Of a DNA stretch of 64,000 bases, positions 19,501 through 27,121 are shown piece after piece. Every line of letters starts with the position of its first letter. Within the stretch, counting starts at the first letter, position 1. The notes under the pieces were generated by a model. The model saw only the letters and a list, made by a program, of their open reading frames with translations. It searched no databases and was not told the origin of the DNA. A program made the translations under genes and the position numbers. The stretch comes from Planctomycetota bacterium (lineage in GTDB: Bacteria > Planctomycetota > PLA2 > JAEUHO01), in the NCBI GenBank assembly GCA_050248855.1, contig JBFWRP010000002.1, positions 192,001 through 256,000 on the forward strand, written 5' to 3'.

Positions 19501-19926
19501 CTCTGGGCGCTCAACCAGTACGTGCTGCCTGCCGGCACGGTCCAGGCCCTCGATGTGCTCACGATGATCGGGTTCGTCATCCTGGTCGGTACGGTGGTGA
19601 ACAACGCGATCCTGATCGTCCACCAGAGCCTGATCCACATCCGCGACGAGAACGACCCCGTGCGCGAGGCCGTCCGCAAGAGCGTCGCGTCGCGCATCCG
19701 GCCCATCTTCATGACGGTCACCACGACCATCCTGGGTCTGATGCCGTTGGTGCTCCGGCCGGGCGCGGGCAGCGAGCTCTACCGTGGCCTGGGCAGCGTG
19801 CTCGTGGGCGGCTTGCTCGTGTCCACGGTGTTCACGCTGTTCCTCGTGCCCACCCTCTTCCGCCTCGTGATGGCGGCCAAGGGGAGCTTGGCACGTGTGC
19901 TGCGGCTGGGCCCGGCGGACGCGTAG
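16573..19926 (+). CDS. RND efflux permease (AcrB family)
   Basis: 1117 aa; GMLVDNAVVVLENI, GTVVNNAIL, RIRPIFMT. Confidence 0.95.
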   Translation: MNLVASFVRNPVKVTVGALLLALFGAIALSRMPMQLVPEVQTPVITIETTWPGASPQEIEREIVQEQEEQLKGVEGVTKMSAECMDSKATITLEFAAGEDMSAALLRVNTRLQQVREYPENADQPVLSSASSNDQPIAWFILRPRLPTQDELAAFQDANPELREALDPARRAISTGMLHSRLIEAAAKHEALRQLLPPDIELSKERRFAEDEIEARFERVGGVSNSDVLGGREDELQILIDPQRLAARGVTILDVRRALAARNTDVSAGDYWEGKRRYVVRTLGRFKNPPDVASTVILEDGPAGQVLLSDVAEVKTDYKKPDGVVRNMGTEVLAIRVIRNRSANVLEVMEGLYAARQELNEGVLKTRGLQLDQVYDETEYIHSSVGLLQDNILLAAVLTVIVLLVFLRSARSTLVIALAIPTSLIGTFLLLDLMGRSLNVVSLAGLAFAVGMLVDNAVVVLENIYRRYQMGSRRFAAAVDGTREVWGAVVSSTLTTLAVFIPILFIEEEAGQLFRDIALAISCSVGLSLIVSVTLIPMLTARILPTQAKREQQGKGFLEVVFKPLDPLARGFVGGVVGIHAWLERGVLRQLAVVVALVAGAWFTSTALMPKLEYLPNGNRNLVFGIVLPPPGYNLDELVALGETIEKQVAPLWNVEPGSDEAKKLDGPPLNHFFFVARGRQVFIGMRAHDPLRAGGLVPVMQRIGATLPGTFLVASQASLFERGLTGGRSIDVEITGPQLEHLVAVGGQALGKVFGLIPGVQARPVPSLDLSNPEVHVVPRWSRAAAVGLGADEIGYTVNALVDGAYAGDYLVEGEKIDMTIVGRETFASRLEDLGELAIATPTGDLVPLRAVADVQLASGPEQIDRRERERAITIRITPPETVPLEEAIEMVTESIVKPLEATPVEQGGIQGGPYQIRLAGTADKLSATWKAMSFNLILAVLITYLLMAALFESWLHPFVILFSVPLGAAGGIAGLWALNQYVLPAGTVQALDVLTMIGFVILVGTVVNNAILIVHQSLIHIRDENDPVREAVRKSVASRIRPIFMTVTTTILGLMPLVLRPGAGSELYRGLGSVLVGGLLVSTVFTLFLVPTLFRLVMAAKGSLARVLRLGPADA

Positions 19927-19945
19927 CTGCGTACTACTACCCCCG

Positions 19946-20998
19946 CTACGACGGGCGGCGCCGCGGCCAGACGGACAGGGCCACGGCCATCACCAGGAGC
20001 GGCAAGCCGACACCGAGCAGGGCGTCGCGGTAGCCCGGGAGCGAAGCGACGTCGGTCTCGGCCAGTACGAGGTAGGTGGCGTAGGCCGCGTAGCCCAGCA
20101 AGAGCACGAGTCCCTCCCCGCGGGCCAAGCGCCCGCCGGAGAAGGCCAGCGGCACCACGACGATCGTCGCACCGAGCATGACGGGGATGTCGAAGGCCGA
20201 CGTCGCATCGGCCACGGGCAAGCCGCTCGAGCTCGTGACCGCCGCCGCGCCCAGCACGCCGAGCAGGTTGAAGACATTGCTGCCCACCACGTTGCCGACG
20301 GCGATGTCGCGCTCGCCGCGGGCCGCGGCCACGACGGACGTGGCGACTTCGGGCAGGCTCGTGCCCGCGCTGACGATCGTGAGGCCGATGACGCGTTCGT
20401 CGACGCCGAGGGCCGCGGCGAGGGCCGAGGCGCCGGTGACGAAGAGGTCCGCGCCGAACACGAGCAGCCCCAAGCCCCCGCCCACCAGCAGGAGGCTGCG
20501 CGGCAGCGGTGCGGGCGCCGCCTGGAGGGCCCCTTCGGGCGGTTCCTCGGCGCGCGCTCCCCGGATCTGGATGAGCACGTAGAGCAGCAGGCCGGCGAGC
20601 AGGCCGATCCCCTCCCCACGCCCGATCGAGCCGTCCCGGGACAGGGCCACGACGGCGAGCGTCAGCACGAGGAGCAACGGCAAGTCGATGCGCACGATGC
20701 GCCGATGGACCACCAGCGGCGCCACGAGGCTCGACAGGCCCAGGATGAACAACACGTTGAAGGTGTTGCTGCCGATCACGTTGCCGAGCGCGAGGTCGCC
20801 CGCGCCCCGCAGCGAGGCCCCGACGGAGACGGCGACTTCCGGGGCGCTGGTCCCGAAGGCGACGACGGTCAGCCCGACGACCAGCGGGCCCACGCCCAAG
20901 CGGCGAGCCAGCGCGGCGGCACCGCGAACCAGGAGGTCGGCGCCGACCAGCAGCGCCACCAAGCCACCCACGAGACGCGCGGCGGTCACGAGGTCCAT
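19946..20998 (-). CDS. Calcium/sodium antiporter (YrbG-like CaCA family)
   Basis: GTSAPE and GTSLPE alpha repeats; GNVIGSN and GNVVGSN. Confidence 0.93.
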   Translation of the reverse strand: MDLVTAARLVGGLVALLVGADLLVRGAAALARRLGVGPLVVGLTVVAFGTSAPEVAVSVGASLRGAGDLALGNVIGSNTFNVLFILGLSSLVAPLVVHRRIVRIDLPLLLVLTLAVVALSRDGSIGRGEGIGLLAGLLLYVLIQIRGARAEEPPEGALQAAPAPLPRSLLLVGGGLGLLVFGADLFVTGASALAAALGVDERVIGLTIVSAGTSLPEVATSVVAAARGERDIAVGNVVGSNVFNLLGVLGAAAVTSSSGLPVADATSAFDIPVMLGATIVVVPLAFSGGRLARGEGLVLLLGYAAYATYLVLAETDVASLPGYRDALLGVGLPLLVMAVALSVWPRRRPS

Positions 20999-21051
20999 GG
21001 GCGGGCAGCCTAGCCGGGCCCGCCCCAGGTCAAGGGTCCCGGCGGGAGTGC

Positions 21052-21078
21052 TTGACATTGCTACGGATGTAGTAGAAT
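21052..21078 (+). promoter_or_regulatory. Sigma70-like promoter with overlapping BlaI/MecI/CopY-type operator
   Basis: TTGACA (21052-57), 15-nt spacer, TAGAAT (21073-78); spacer holds CTACGGATGTAG, resembling the TACAnnTGTA box. Confidence 0.7.
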
Positions 21079-21088
21079 CCCCGGCCGC

Positions 21089-21484
21089 ATGGGCGAACCG
21101 CACCTCACCGATGCCGAATGGAAGGTCATGGACGTGGTCTGGGACCGCGGCAGCGTCGCCGTGCGCGAGGTCCACCAAGCCCTCGAGCCCGCCACGAGCT
21201 GGGCGTACACGACCGTGAAGACGCTGCTCGACCGGCTCGTGGACAAGGGCGCCCTCGAAGCGCGTGCGGAGGGCCGGCGCTGGCTCTACACGGCGGTCGT
21301 GCGTCGTGAAGAGGCCCAGCGCGGCGAGCTCGAGGCCTTGCGCGCCAAGGCGTTCGGCGGCCGCCTGGGCGGCATGCTCCACCTGCTGCTGGGGGAGGGG
21401 CGCCTGGGCGCCCGGGACCGCGAGGCGCTCGAGAAGCTGGTGCGGCGTCTGGAGTCCGCCGACCGCGAGGAGGGCGAGGTGTGA
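21089..21484 (+). CDS. BlaI/MecI/CopY family repressor
   Basis: LTDAEWKVMDVVW, WAYTTVKTLLDRLVDKG, FGG. Confidence 0.95.
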   Translation: MGEPHLTDAEWKVMDVVWDRGSVAVREVHQALEPATSWAYTTVKTLLDRLVDKGALEARAEGRRWLYTAVVRREEAQRGELEALRAKAFGGRLGGMLHLLLGEGRLGARDREALEKLVRRLESADREEGEV

Positions 21485-22650
21485 ACGAGCTCGCCGCGCC
21501 GCTCCTTGGCGACCTCGCGCGCGGGTTGCTCGACAGCAGCGTGCTCGTCGTGCTCGCCCTCGTGGCGGAGCGGACGGTGCTGCGCGGTCGGCGCGCCGTG
21601 GTCCGTTCCACGCTGTGGCTGGCCGTGCTCGCGCGTCTCGCGTTGCCCTGGGGCTGGTTGGCCGAGCAGCTGCCCGTCGGCACCTGGTCGGCCGGCTGGG
21701 GCGCGGTGGCGCAGCAGGCGAGCGAGGGCGTGGCGTCGGCCGCGTCGAGCGCGCCCGGCGGCGGCGCCCTGCTGCTCATCACGTGGCTCGCCGTGGCGGC
21801 CCTGCTGATCGCGCGCGGGGGCTGGGTCCTCCAGCGCACTTCGCGGCGCTGGCGTCGCGCGAGCGCGCCGGCGCCGAGCGCGACGCGGCGCGAGGCGTCG
21901 CGCATCGCCAAGCGCCTCGGCCTGCGTCGCACGCCCGAAGTGCGCGTGGCGAGCGGGCTGGCCTCGGCCTTCGTGATCGGCGTGCGGAGGCCCCTCGTGG
22001 TCCTGCCGCGCGATGCGCCGCGCGCCGAGCGCCGCGCGGCGCTCTGGCACGAGCTGGCCCACGTGCGACGGCACGACCTGCTGGCGCAGGCGGCCTTCGC
22101 CATCGTGCACGCACTCTGGTGGCCGCATCCGCTCCTGGGTCTGGCGCGTCGCCGCGCCGCCGCCGCCCGCGAGGTCGCGTGCGATGCGACGGTCACCCGG
22201 GCCCTGGGCGTGCGGGCGTCGCGCTACCGCCAGGCGCTGGGTCAGGTCGCACGACGGGCGCTCGCCGGCTCGCAGCCGCTCGCAGGCGCCGCGGCGTGGC
22301 GCCAGCCTGCGTCGCTGGTCGAGCGGCTCGACGTCCTGCTGCGGCGTCCGCTGCGCGCGCCGCGCCTGGCGCGCGCGGCCGCGGCCGTCCCCACGCTGCT
22401 CGTCACGCTGGGGCTGGCCGCCACCGTGGCCAGCGCGCCGTGGCCGGCGTGGTGGGACGACGCGAGGGCCGCTCGCGCCGAGGCTGCCACGTGGACCACG
22501 CGCCAGCCGGGCCGCGGCTGCACGCCCGGACGCCTCGTCGCCCTCCGTTCGCTCGTGCTGCACGCCGCCCCCGAGGGTGCACGTGGCGCCGAGTCCCCTG
22601 CTCACCCCGAAGGAGAGACATCCCGAGGAAGACGAAGCACTGCTTGCTGA
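21481..22650 (+). CDS. M56 family metallopeptidase (BlaR1-like sensor)
   Basis: TM helices, HELAH, WWPHPL, REVACD; overlaps the blaI-like stop. Confidence 0.88.
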   Translation: MNELAAPLLGDLARGLLDSSVLVVLALVAERTVLRGRRAVVRSTLWLAVLARLALPWGWLAEQLPVGTWSAGWGAVAQQASEGVASAASSAPGGGALLLITWLAVAALLIARGGWVLQRTSRRWRRASAPAPSATRREASRIAKRLGLRRTPEVRVASGLASAFVIGVRRPLVVLPRDAPRAERRAALWHELAHVRRHDLLAQAAFAIVHALWWPHPLLGLARRRAAAAREVACDATVTRALGVRASRYRQALGQVARRALAGSQPLAGAAAWRQPASLVERLDVLLRRPLRAPRLARAAAAVPTLLVTLGLAATVASAPWPAWWDDARAARAEAATWTTRQPGRGCTPGRLVALRSLVLHAAPEGARGAESPAHPEGETSRGRRSTAC

Positions 22651-23246
22651 CCTTGGCTCTCGCGCTTGGGCTTGGCCTGGCCGCCGTCGGCGCCCGCGTG
22701 GCGCTCGGCGAAGACGAGGCGCCAGCGAACCCGATGGGCCTTCCGCCCGAAGCGCTGGCCCGCATCAAGACGGGCCCTGAACACGCCGAGATGGCTTGGT
22801 ACCTGGGCGACTGGGACGTGTCCATCGAGATCAAGATGCCCGGGGGCATGAAGATGCCGCCTTCGACGGGAACGTGCACCTACAGCTGGCTCATCGAGGG
22901 CCGCTGGATGATCTCGCGCATGAAGGCCCCCATGATGGGCATGCCCGTGGAATGGGCGCATGTCCACGGCTACAACACGATGACCAAGACCTACGAGACG
23001 ATCGGCTTCGACAGCATGTCGAACGACGCGAAGGTCTCTCGCGGCAACAAGGTCACGCAAGACGGCAAGACCTTCGGCTTCCAGGGCATGATGAACGAGT
23101 GGACGAACGGCCAGATCTACAAGCCGTTCCGCACCGTCATGCGCAAGCTCGGCGAGGACAAGTTCGAGCTCGAGATCTGGGACCCGGAGATCGGCCCCAA
23201 CGGCATGGAGGTGATGCGCTTCACCTACACGCGCTGCCCCGCGTAG
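22620..23246 (+). CDS. DUF1579-like exported protein (start codon atypical or uncertain)
   Basis: GPEHAEMAWYLGDW, GYNTMTKTYE, FDSM, EVMRFTYTR; signal peptide; AAGGAG precedes ATC 22620, alternative TTG 22644. Confidence 0.78.
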   Translation: MPRKTKHCLLTLALALGLGLAAVGARVALGEDEAPANPMGLPPEALARIKTGPEHAEMAWYLGDWDVSIEIKMPGGMKMPPSTGTCTYSWLIEGRWMISRMKAPMMGMPVEWAHVHGYNTMTKTYETIGFDSMSNDAKVSRGNKVTQDGKTFGFQGMMNEWTNGQIYKPFRTVMRKLGEDKFELEIWDPEIGPNGMEVMRFTYTRCPA

Positions 23247-23281
23247 AGCCTGGGAACCGTCCTCGGGCTCGAACGCGAAGT

Positions 23282-23311
23282 GGGCGCCCTCGCCATGTGG
23301 CGAGGGCGCCC
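23282..23311. terminator. Perfect GC hairpin between convergent genes
   Basis: GGGCGCCCTCGCCA-TG-TGGCGAGGGCGCCC; no clear U tract. Confidence 0.55.
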
Positions 23312-23370
23312 GGGGGGGCACGCGTACCGATCCCGAAGGGACCAGCACACGTGGGTGTTGTCGCAACGGA

Positions 23371-24216
23371 TCAGTTGAAGGGGTTCGGCAGATCCGGAAG
23401 CGGCGGCAGGTCCGGAAGCTCGGCCCCGAAGTCGAGGTCGAACCAGAGCGGACCGCGGGCGCGGAAGCCAGCCTCCGCACGAGCGATGTCGCGGTAGTCC
23501 TTGCCCGACCAGGTGTGCTTGGTCCACGTGCCTTGCGGCGTGGTCTCGTACACGATGACCTCGGTCGTGTCGGGCTTGACGGTCATGTCCAGCCAAGCGG
23601 CGCGCTCGATCCGGTTGGCGTACGGCTGCGTGCGCAGGCGGTACTCCGGAAGCAGGGCGATGTGGCGGCGCACGACGGCGATCTCGGGACGCGGCTTCAG
23701 CGCCGGGTGGGCGGCGATGATGGCGTCGAGATCCTTGCCGCGGTAGGCGAGGGTCTCGCCGTCGGTCGTCACGTAGAGGATCGCGCCGTTGCCGCGCCAC
23801 GTCTCGTAGCGCACGGGCCCCTCGACGAACGAGACGCGCCAAGGCGCCTCCTGCGCGGACGGCGTGGCCGCTTGGGCCAGGTTGTCGATGGAGGACCTGA
23901 GCACGACGATGTCCTCGTGCTCGGCGAGGGCCGCGTTCTCGTCGAGGATCGTGGCCAGGTCCGGACCGCGGTACACGACGTACGTGTGCGACGGATGATC
24001 GGGCTCGGCACGACGGACGAACAGCGCGACGTCGTCGCTACCGAGCGGCGAGCGAAGCTCGACGGCGCCCGACGTCATGACGCGCACGGGGCCTTCGAGG
24101 CGCACCTCGGCCTTCGTCGCGACGGCGGTGTCACCGGCCATGTCGTCGGCGAGGGCCCCTGGCGCGAACAGGCCGCAGCAAGCTGCTGCGGCAAGCAGGG
24201 GGAGGGGGGAACGCAT
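23371..24216 (-). CDS. Hypothetical exported protein with three internal repeats
   Basis: AAGGAG before ATG; signal peptide ending ALA; YRGPDLATI, YRGKDLDAI, WSGKDYRDI. Confidence 0.75.
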   Translation of the reverse strand: MRSPLPLLAAAACCGLFAPGALADDMAGDTAVATKAEVRLEGPVRVMTSGAVELRSPLGSDDVALFVRRAEPDHPSHTYVVYRGPDLATILDENAALAEHEDIVVLRSSIDNLAQAATPSAQEAPWRVSFVEGPVRYETWRGNGAILYVTTDGETLAYRGKDLDAIIAAHPALKPRPEIAVVRRHIALLPEYRLRTQPYANRIERAAWLDMTVKPDTTEVIVYETTPQGTWTKHTWSGKDYRDIARAEAGFRARGPLWFDLDFGAELPDLPPLPDLPNPFN

Positions 24217-24274
24217 GGGAGCTCCTTCGTTGGCGAGGCCGCCGGATGCAGCCTCGGAGTAGGAGCGCCTGCTC

Positions 24275-24290
24275 GCAGGCCGCGTGCCAA
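24275..24290 (-). promoter_or_regulatory. Candidate sigma54 (-24/-12) promoter
   Basis: Minus strand TTGGCACGCGGCCTGC (GG-N10-GC), about 60 nt upstream of ATG 24216. Confidence 0.5.
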
Positions 24291-24464
24291 GGGCGGGGGC
24301 CGGGCGACGACCACCCGCCAGGGCCCTGAAGGCAAGGCGCGGGGGCGTATCCATCGCCCGCGTACCGCGTGCCCGTTGCCTGCGGGCACGTACCCGCACG
24401 AAACGGGGGAGGCCGTCCCGGCAACAGCCGCCTCGCGGCGGCACGCGCCTCCCGCTTGCGTACG

Positions 24465-25898
24465 TCAGCTCCCGAATGCGGCCAGCCAGGCCCGGAAGTC
24501 GGTCTCCAGGGTGCGCACGTCCGGGCCGACGGTGCGCGTGAACAGCTCGCTGGCGGCCTTGGCGTCGTGGCTGCGGTGCTGGCCGGCCTGCGCGCCGGCG
24601 CCACTGCCTCGTGCAAGCAGCTCGAACTGCTCGAAGCGCTCGGCGATGTCCTTGCCGGCCGCCGTACGCAGCCAGCGGACGAAGGCCCAGCTCTGCAGGT
24701 AGAAGGCGTGCGACGAGCCGTCATCACGGGTGATGAGCGTCATGGCGTCATCGGTCAGGAACCGCTCGAACGGGATCCACGCCCCGTCGGCGGCCTGGGC
24801 CCGGACCCGCTCGGCGTCCTGGGGCCCCCCGACCTCGAGCTTCTTGCCGTCCCAGGTGAACGTGCCGGGCGCGCCGTAGGTCTCGGCCACGCCTTCGTTG
24901 TACCAGCTGGGCATCACCGCCGGCGACACGCCGTACTGGAACAAGTGCGTGCATTCGTGCAGCACGATGCCCTGCAGCGTCTCCTCGGACAGGCCCTCGC
25001 CGCAGATCACGGTCGCCCACGTCTTGCTGTCGGCCACGCCCGTGGCCTGCTTGTGACCCCCAAGTCCGGCTTGGTCGCACCACGACTCGAACGTGCTGCG
25101 CTTGGCGAAGACCAGCACCCGGAGCGGGCGCGTCGGACGCCCGCCCATGTCCGCTTCCAGGAACGGGACGAGCGCCGTGACGAGGGCCAGGAGCCCGCTG
25201 GCCTGCTCCATGCTGGACTCGCTTCGCACGACGGCCTCGTTGTTGGCCGCCAGGAAGATGGTCTGGATGTCGCCCAGGAGCTCGAGCGTGGCGTCGCGGA
25301 CGGCCAGGCGCCCGTTGATGCGGATGGCGCGCTCGAGCAGCTTCTCGCTGTGTTCCTTGGGAATCTTGCCTTGCGGCGTCGCAATCAGGCCGTCGTCGCC
25401 AGCCTCCAACGGGATGTCCAGCGACAGCACATGTTCGCGGTAGGTCTTGTAGGCCTCGTGGACAAGCCCCTTCTTGTCCGCCCACTTGGCCAGCTTCCAG
25501 CGCGCCTTGGCCAAGTCCTCCTCGGCGGCTTGCATGCGCTTCGTGTAGCCGCGTACCATGCCTGGCGAGGGCTTCTTCAGGCGCTTCGGCCAGAAGGCCT
25601 CGTCCAGCGACTGCATGAGCGCGAGGATGCGAACCGCCCACGCGTTGCGGCCCTCGGACACTTCCACCGCGCGCAGGAACGAGGTGGTGGCTTGGGCAAC
25701 GAGCCCGGCATCGCGGCACCACACACCCACCTTGGCCATCTGCGTGCCGGCCTCTTGCAGCATGGCCTCGCGCATGCGGTCCAGCTCCGTGCGGGCCGCG
25801 ACCGTCTTGGCGTCTTCGGCGTCCACCGGCCGTGCGGGCACGGCGAGAGCCGTGAACGCGACCGCCGTCAGCAAGATGCCCGACAACCAACCCCTCAT
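24465..25898 (-). CDS. Exported gluzincin-type metallopeptidase-like protein (DUF1570/peptidase MA-like)
   Basis: Signal peptide; HECTH, PSWYNEGVAE, YLQSWAFVRWL. Confidence 0.78.
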   Translation of the reverse strand: MRGWLSGILLTAVAFTALAVPARPVDAEDAKTVAARTELDRMREAMLQEAGTQMAKVGVWCRDAGLVAQATTSFLRAVEVSEGRNAWAVRILALMQSLDEAFWPKRLKKPSPGMVRGYTKRMQAAEEDLAKARWKLAKWADKKGLVHEAYKTYREHVLSLDIPLEAGDDGLIATPQGKIPKEHSEKLLERAIRINGRLAVRDATLELLGDIQTIFLAANNEAVVRSESSMEQASGLLALVTALVPFLEADMGGRPTRPLRVLVFAKRSTFESWCDQAGLGGHKQATGVADSKTWATVICGEGLSEETLQGIVLHECTHLFQYGVSPAVMPSWYNEGVAETYGAPGTFTWDGKKLEVGGPQDAERVRAQAADGAWIPFERFLTDDAMTLITRDDGSSHAFYLQSWAFVRWLRTAAGKDIAERFEQFELLARGSGAGAQAGQHRSHDAKAASELFTRTVGPDVRTLETDFRAWLAAFGS

Positions 25899-26028
25899 GG
25901 CGTCCTCCGGGCCGACAGGGTAGCCCGGACGCGAGGCGGGCCGCTCGCCGGAGGTGGCGAGCGGCCCGCGCGGGGTGGCTTGGCGGTGGGAGGTGGCCAA
26001 GCCGGGTCACGCGATGGGCGTGCGGGAG

Positions 26029-26985
26029 CTACATCGAGCCCTGGCGGGGCAGGACGACGGCGTCGATCACGTGGATCACGCCATTGCCGGCCAGCACGTC
26101 GGTGGTCACCACGCGGGCGCCGTCCACCGTGATCGTGCCGTCCTTCGCGCGGACGATCGAGAGCTCTTGGCCCTGGACGGTCTTCACCCGGGTCGAACCC
26201 TCGGCGATCGCCTTGGCCAGGATGCGGCCGGGCACCACGTGGTAGGTGAGGACGCTGGCAAGCGCCGCCTTGTCGGCGAGCAGGCCCTTGAGCGTGGCCT
26301 CCGGGACCTTGGCGAAAGCGGCATCCGCGGGCGCGAACACCGTGAAGGGCCCGCCCTCGGCGAGCGTCTCGACGAGACCCGCGGCCTTGACGGCCGTCAC
26401 GAGCGTGGTGAAGCTGCCGGCACTGACGGCGGTTGCGACCAGGTCCTTGCGCGGCATCATGACGCTGTCGATCACGTGGATGACGCCGTTGCTGGCCTGG
26501 ATGTCCGTCGACAGGACGCGGGCCCCGTCGATGAGCACGCCGTCGTCCTGGGCCTCGACGCGCAGCGCGCTGCCGGACACGGTCGGTGCCCAGTCCAGCT
26601 TGACCGCGTCGGCGGCCAGGACGCGGCCCGGCACGACGTGGTACGTCAGCACCTCGGTCAGGGCCGCCTTGTCGGCGAGCAGCGCCTCGAGCGCCTTCGC
26701 CGGGACCTTCGCGAAGGCCTCGTCCGTCGGCGCGAACACCGTGAGGGGGCCCTGGCCGGCGAGGACGTCGACCAAGCCGGCGGCCTCGGCGGCCTCGAGC
26801 AGCGTGGAGAACGAGCCCGCGGCCTGGGCGGTCTCGACCAGGTTCTTCACGGGCGCGGTCCGGGTGTCGGAGGCGGGCTTGGGCTGGCCACCCGAGTAGG
26901 GGCAGGTCTCCCCGGCCAGGGCCGGGGAGCCGAGCGCCAGGACGCCGGCCAGGGACAGGGAGAGGAGACGAAGGGAAGAGCGCAT
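26029..26985 (-). CDS. Fasciclin (two FAS1 domains) exported protein
   Basis: Two copies of TVFAP..AF / LTYHVVPG / NGVIHVID. Confidence 0.95.
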   Translation of the reverse strand: MRSSLRLLSLSLAGVLALGSPALAGETCPYSGGQPKPASDTRTAPVKNLVETAQAAGSFSTLLEAAEAAGLVDVLAGQGPLTVFAPTDEAFAKVPAKALEALLADKAALTEVLTYHVVPGRVLAADAVKLDWAPTVSGSALRVEAQDDGVLIDGARVLSTDIQASNGVIHVIDSVMMPRKDLVATAVSAGSFTTLVTAVKAAGLVETLAEGGPFTVFAPADAAFAKVPEATLKGLLADKAALASVLTYHVVPGRILAKAIAEGSTRVKTVQGQELSIVRAKDGTITVDGARVVTTDVLAGNGVIHVIDAVVLPRQGSM

Positions 26986-27121
26986 GGGAGGGACTCCGGA
27001 AAGGAGAGCGTGGGTCGGCGGGACCTACCCGCCCGCGCGACATCCTGCCCGGCGCCTGGAGTCGTACAGATAATTTACTAAACGAACGTGCGGTTCGTCC
27101 AGGTTTCCGCCCGGACGGCCG

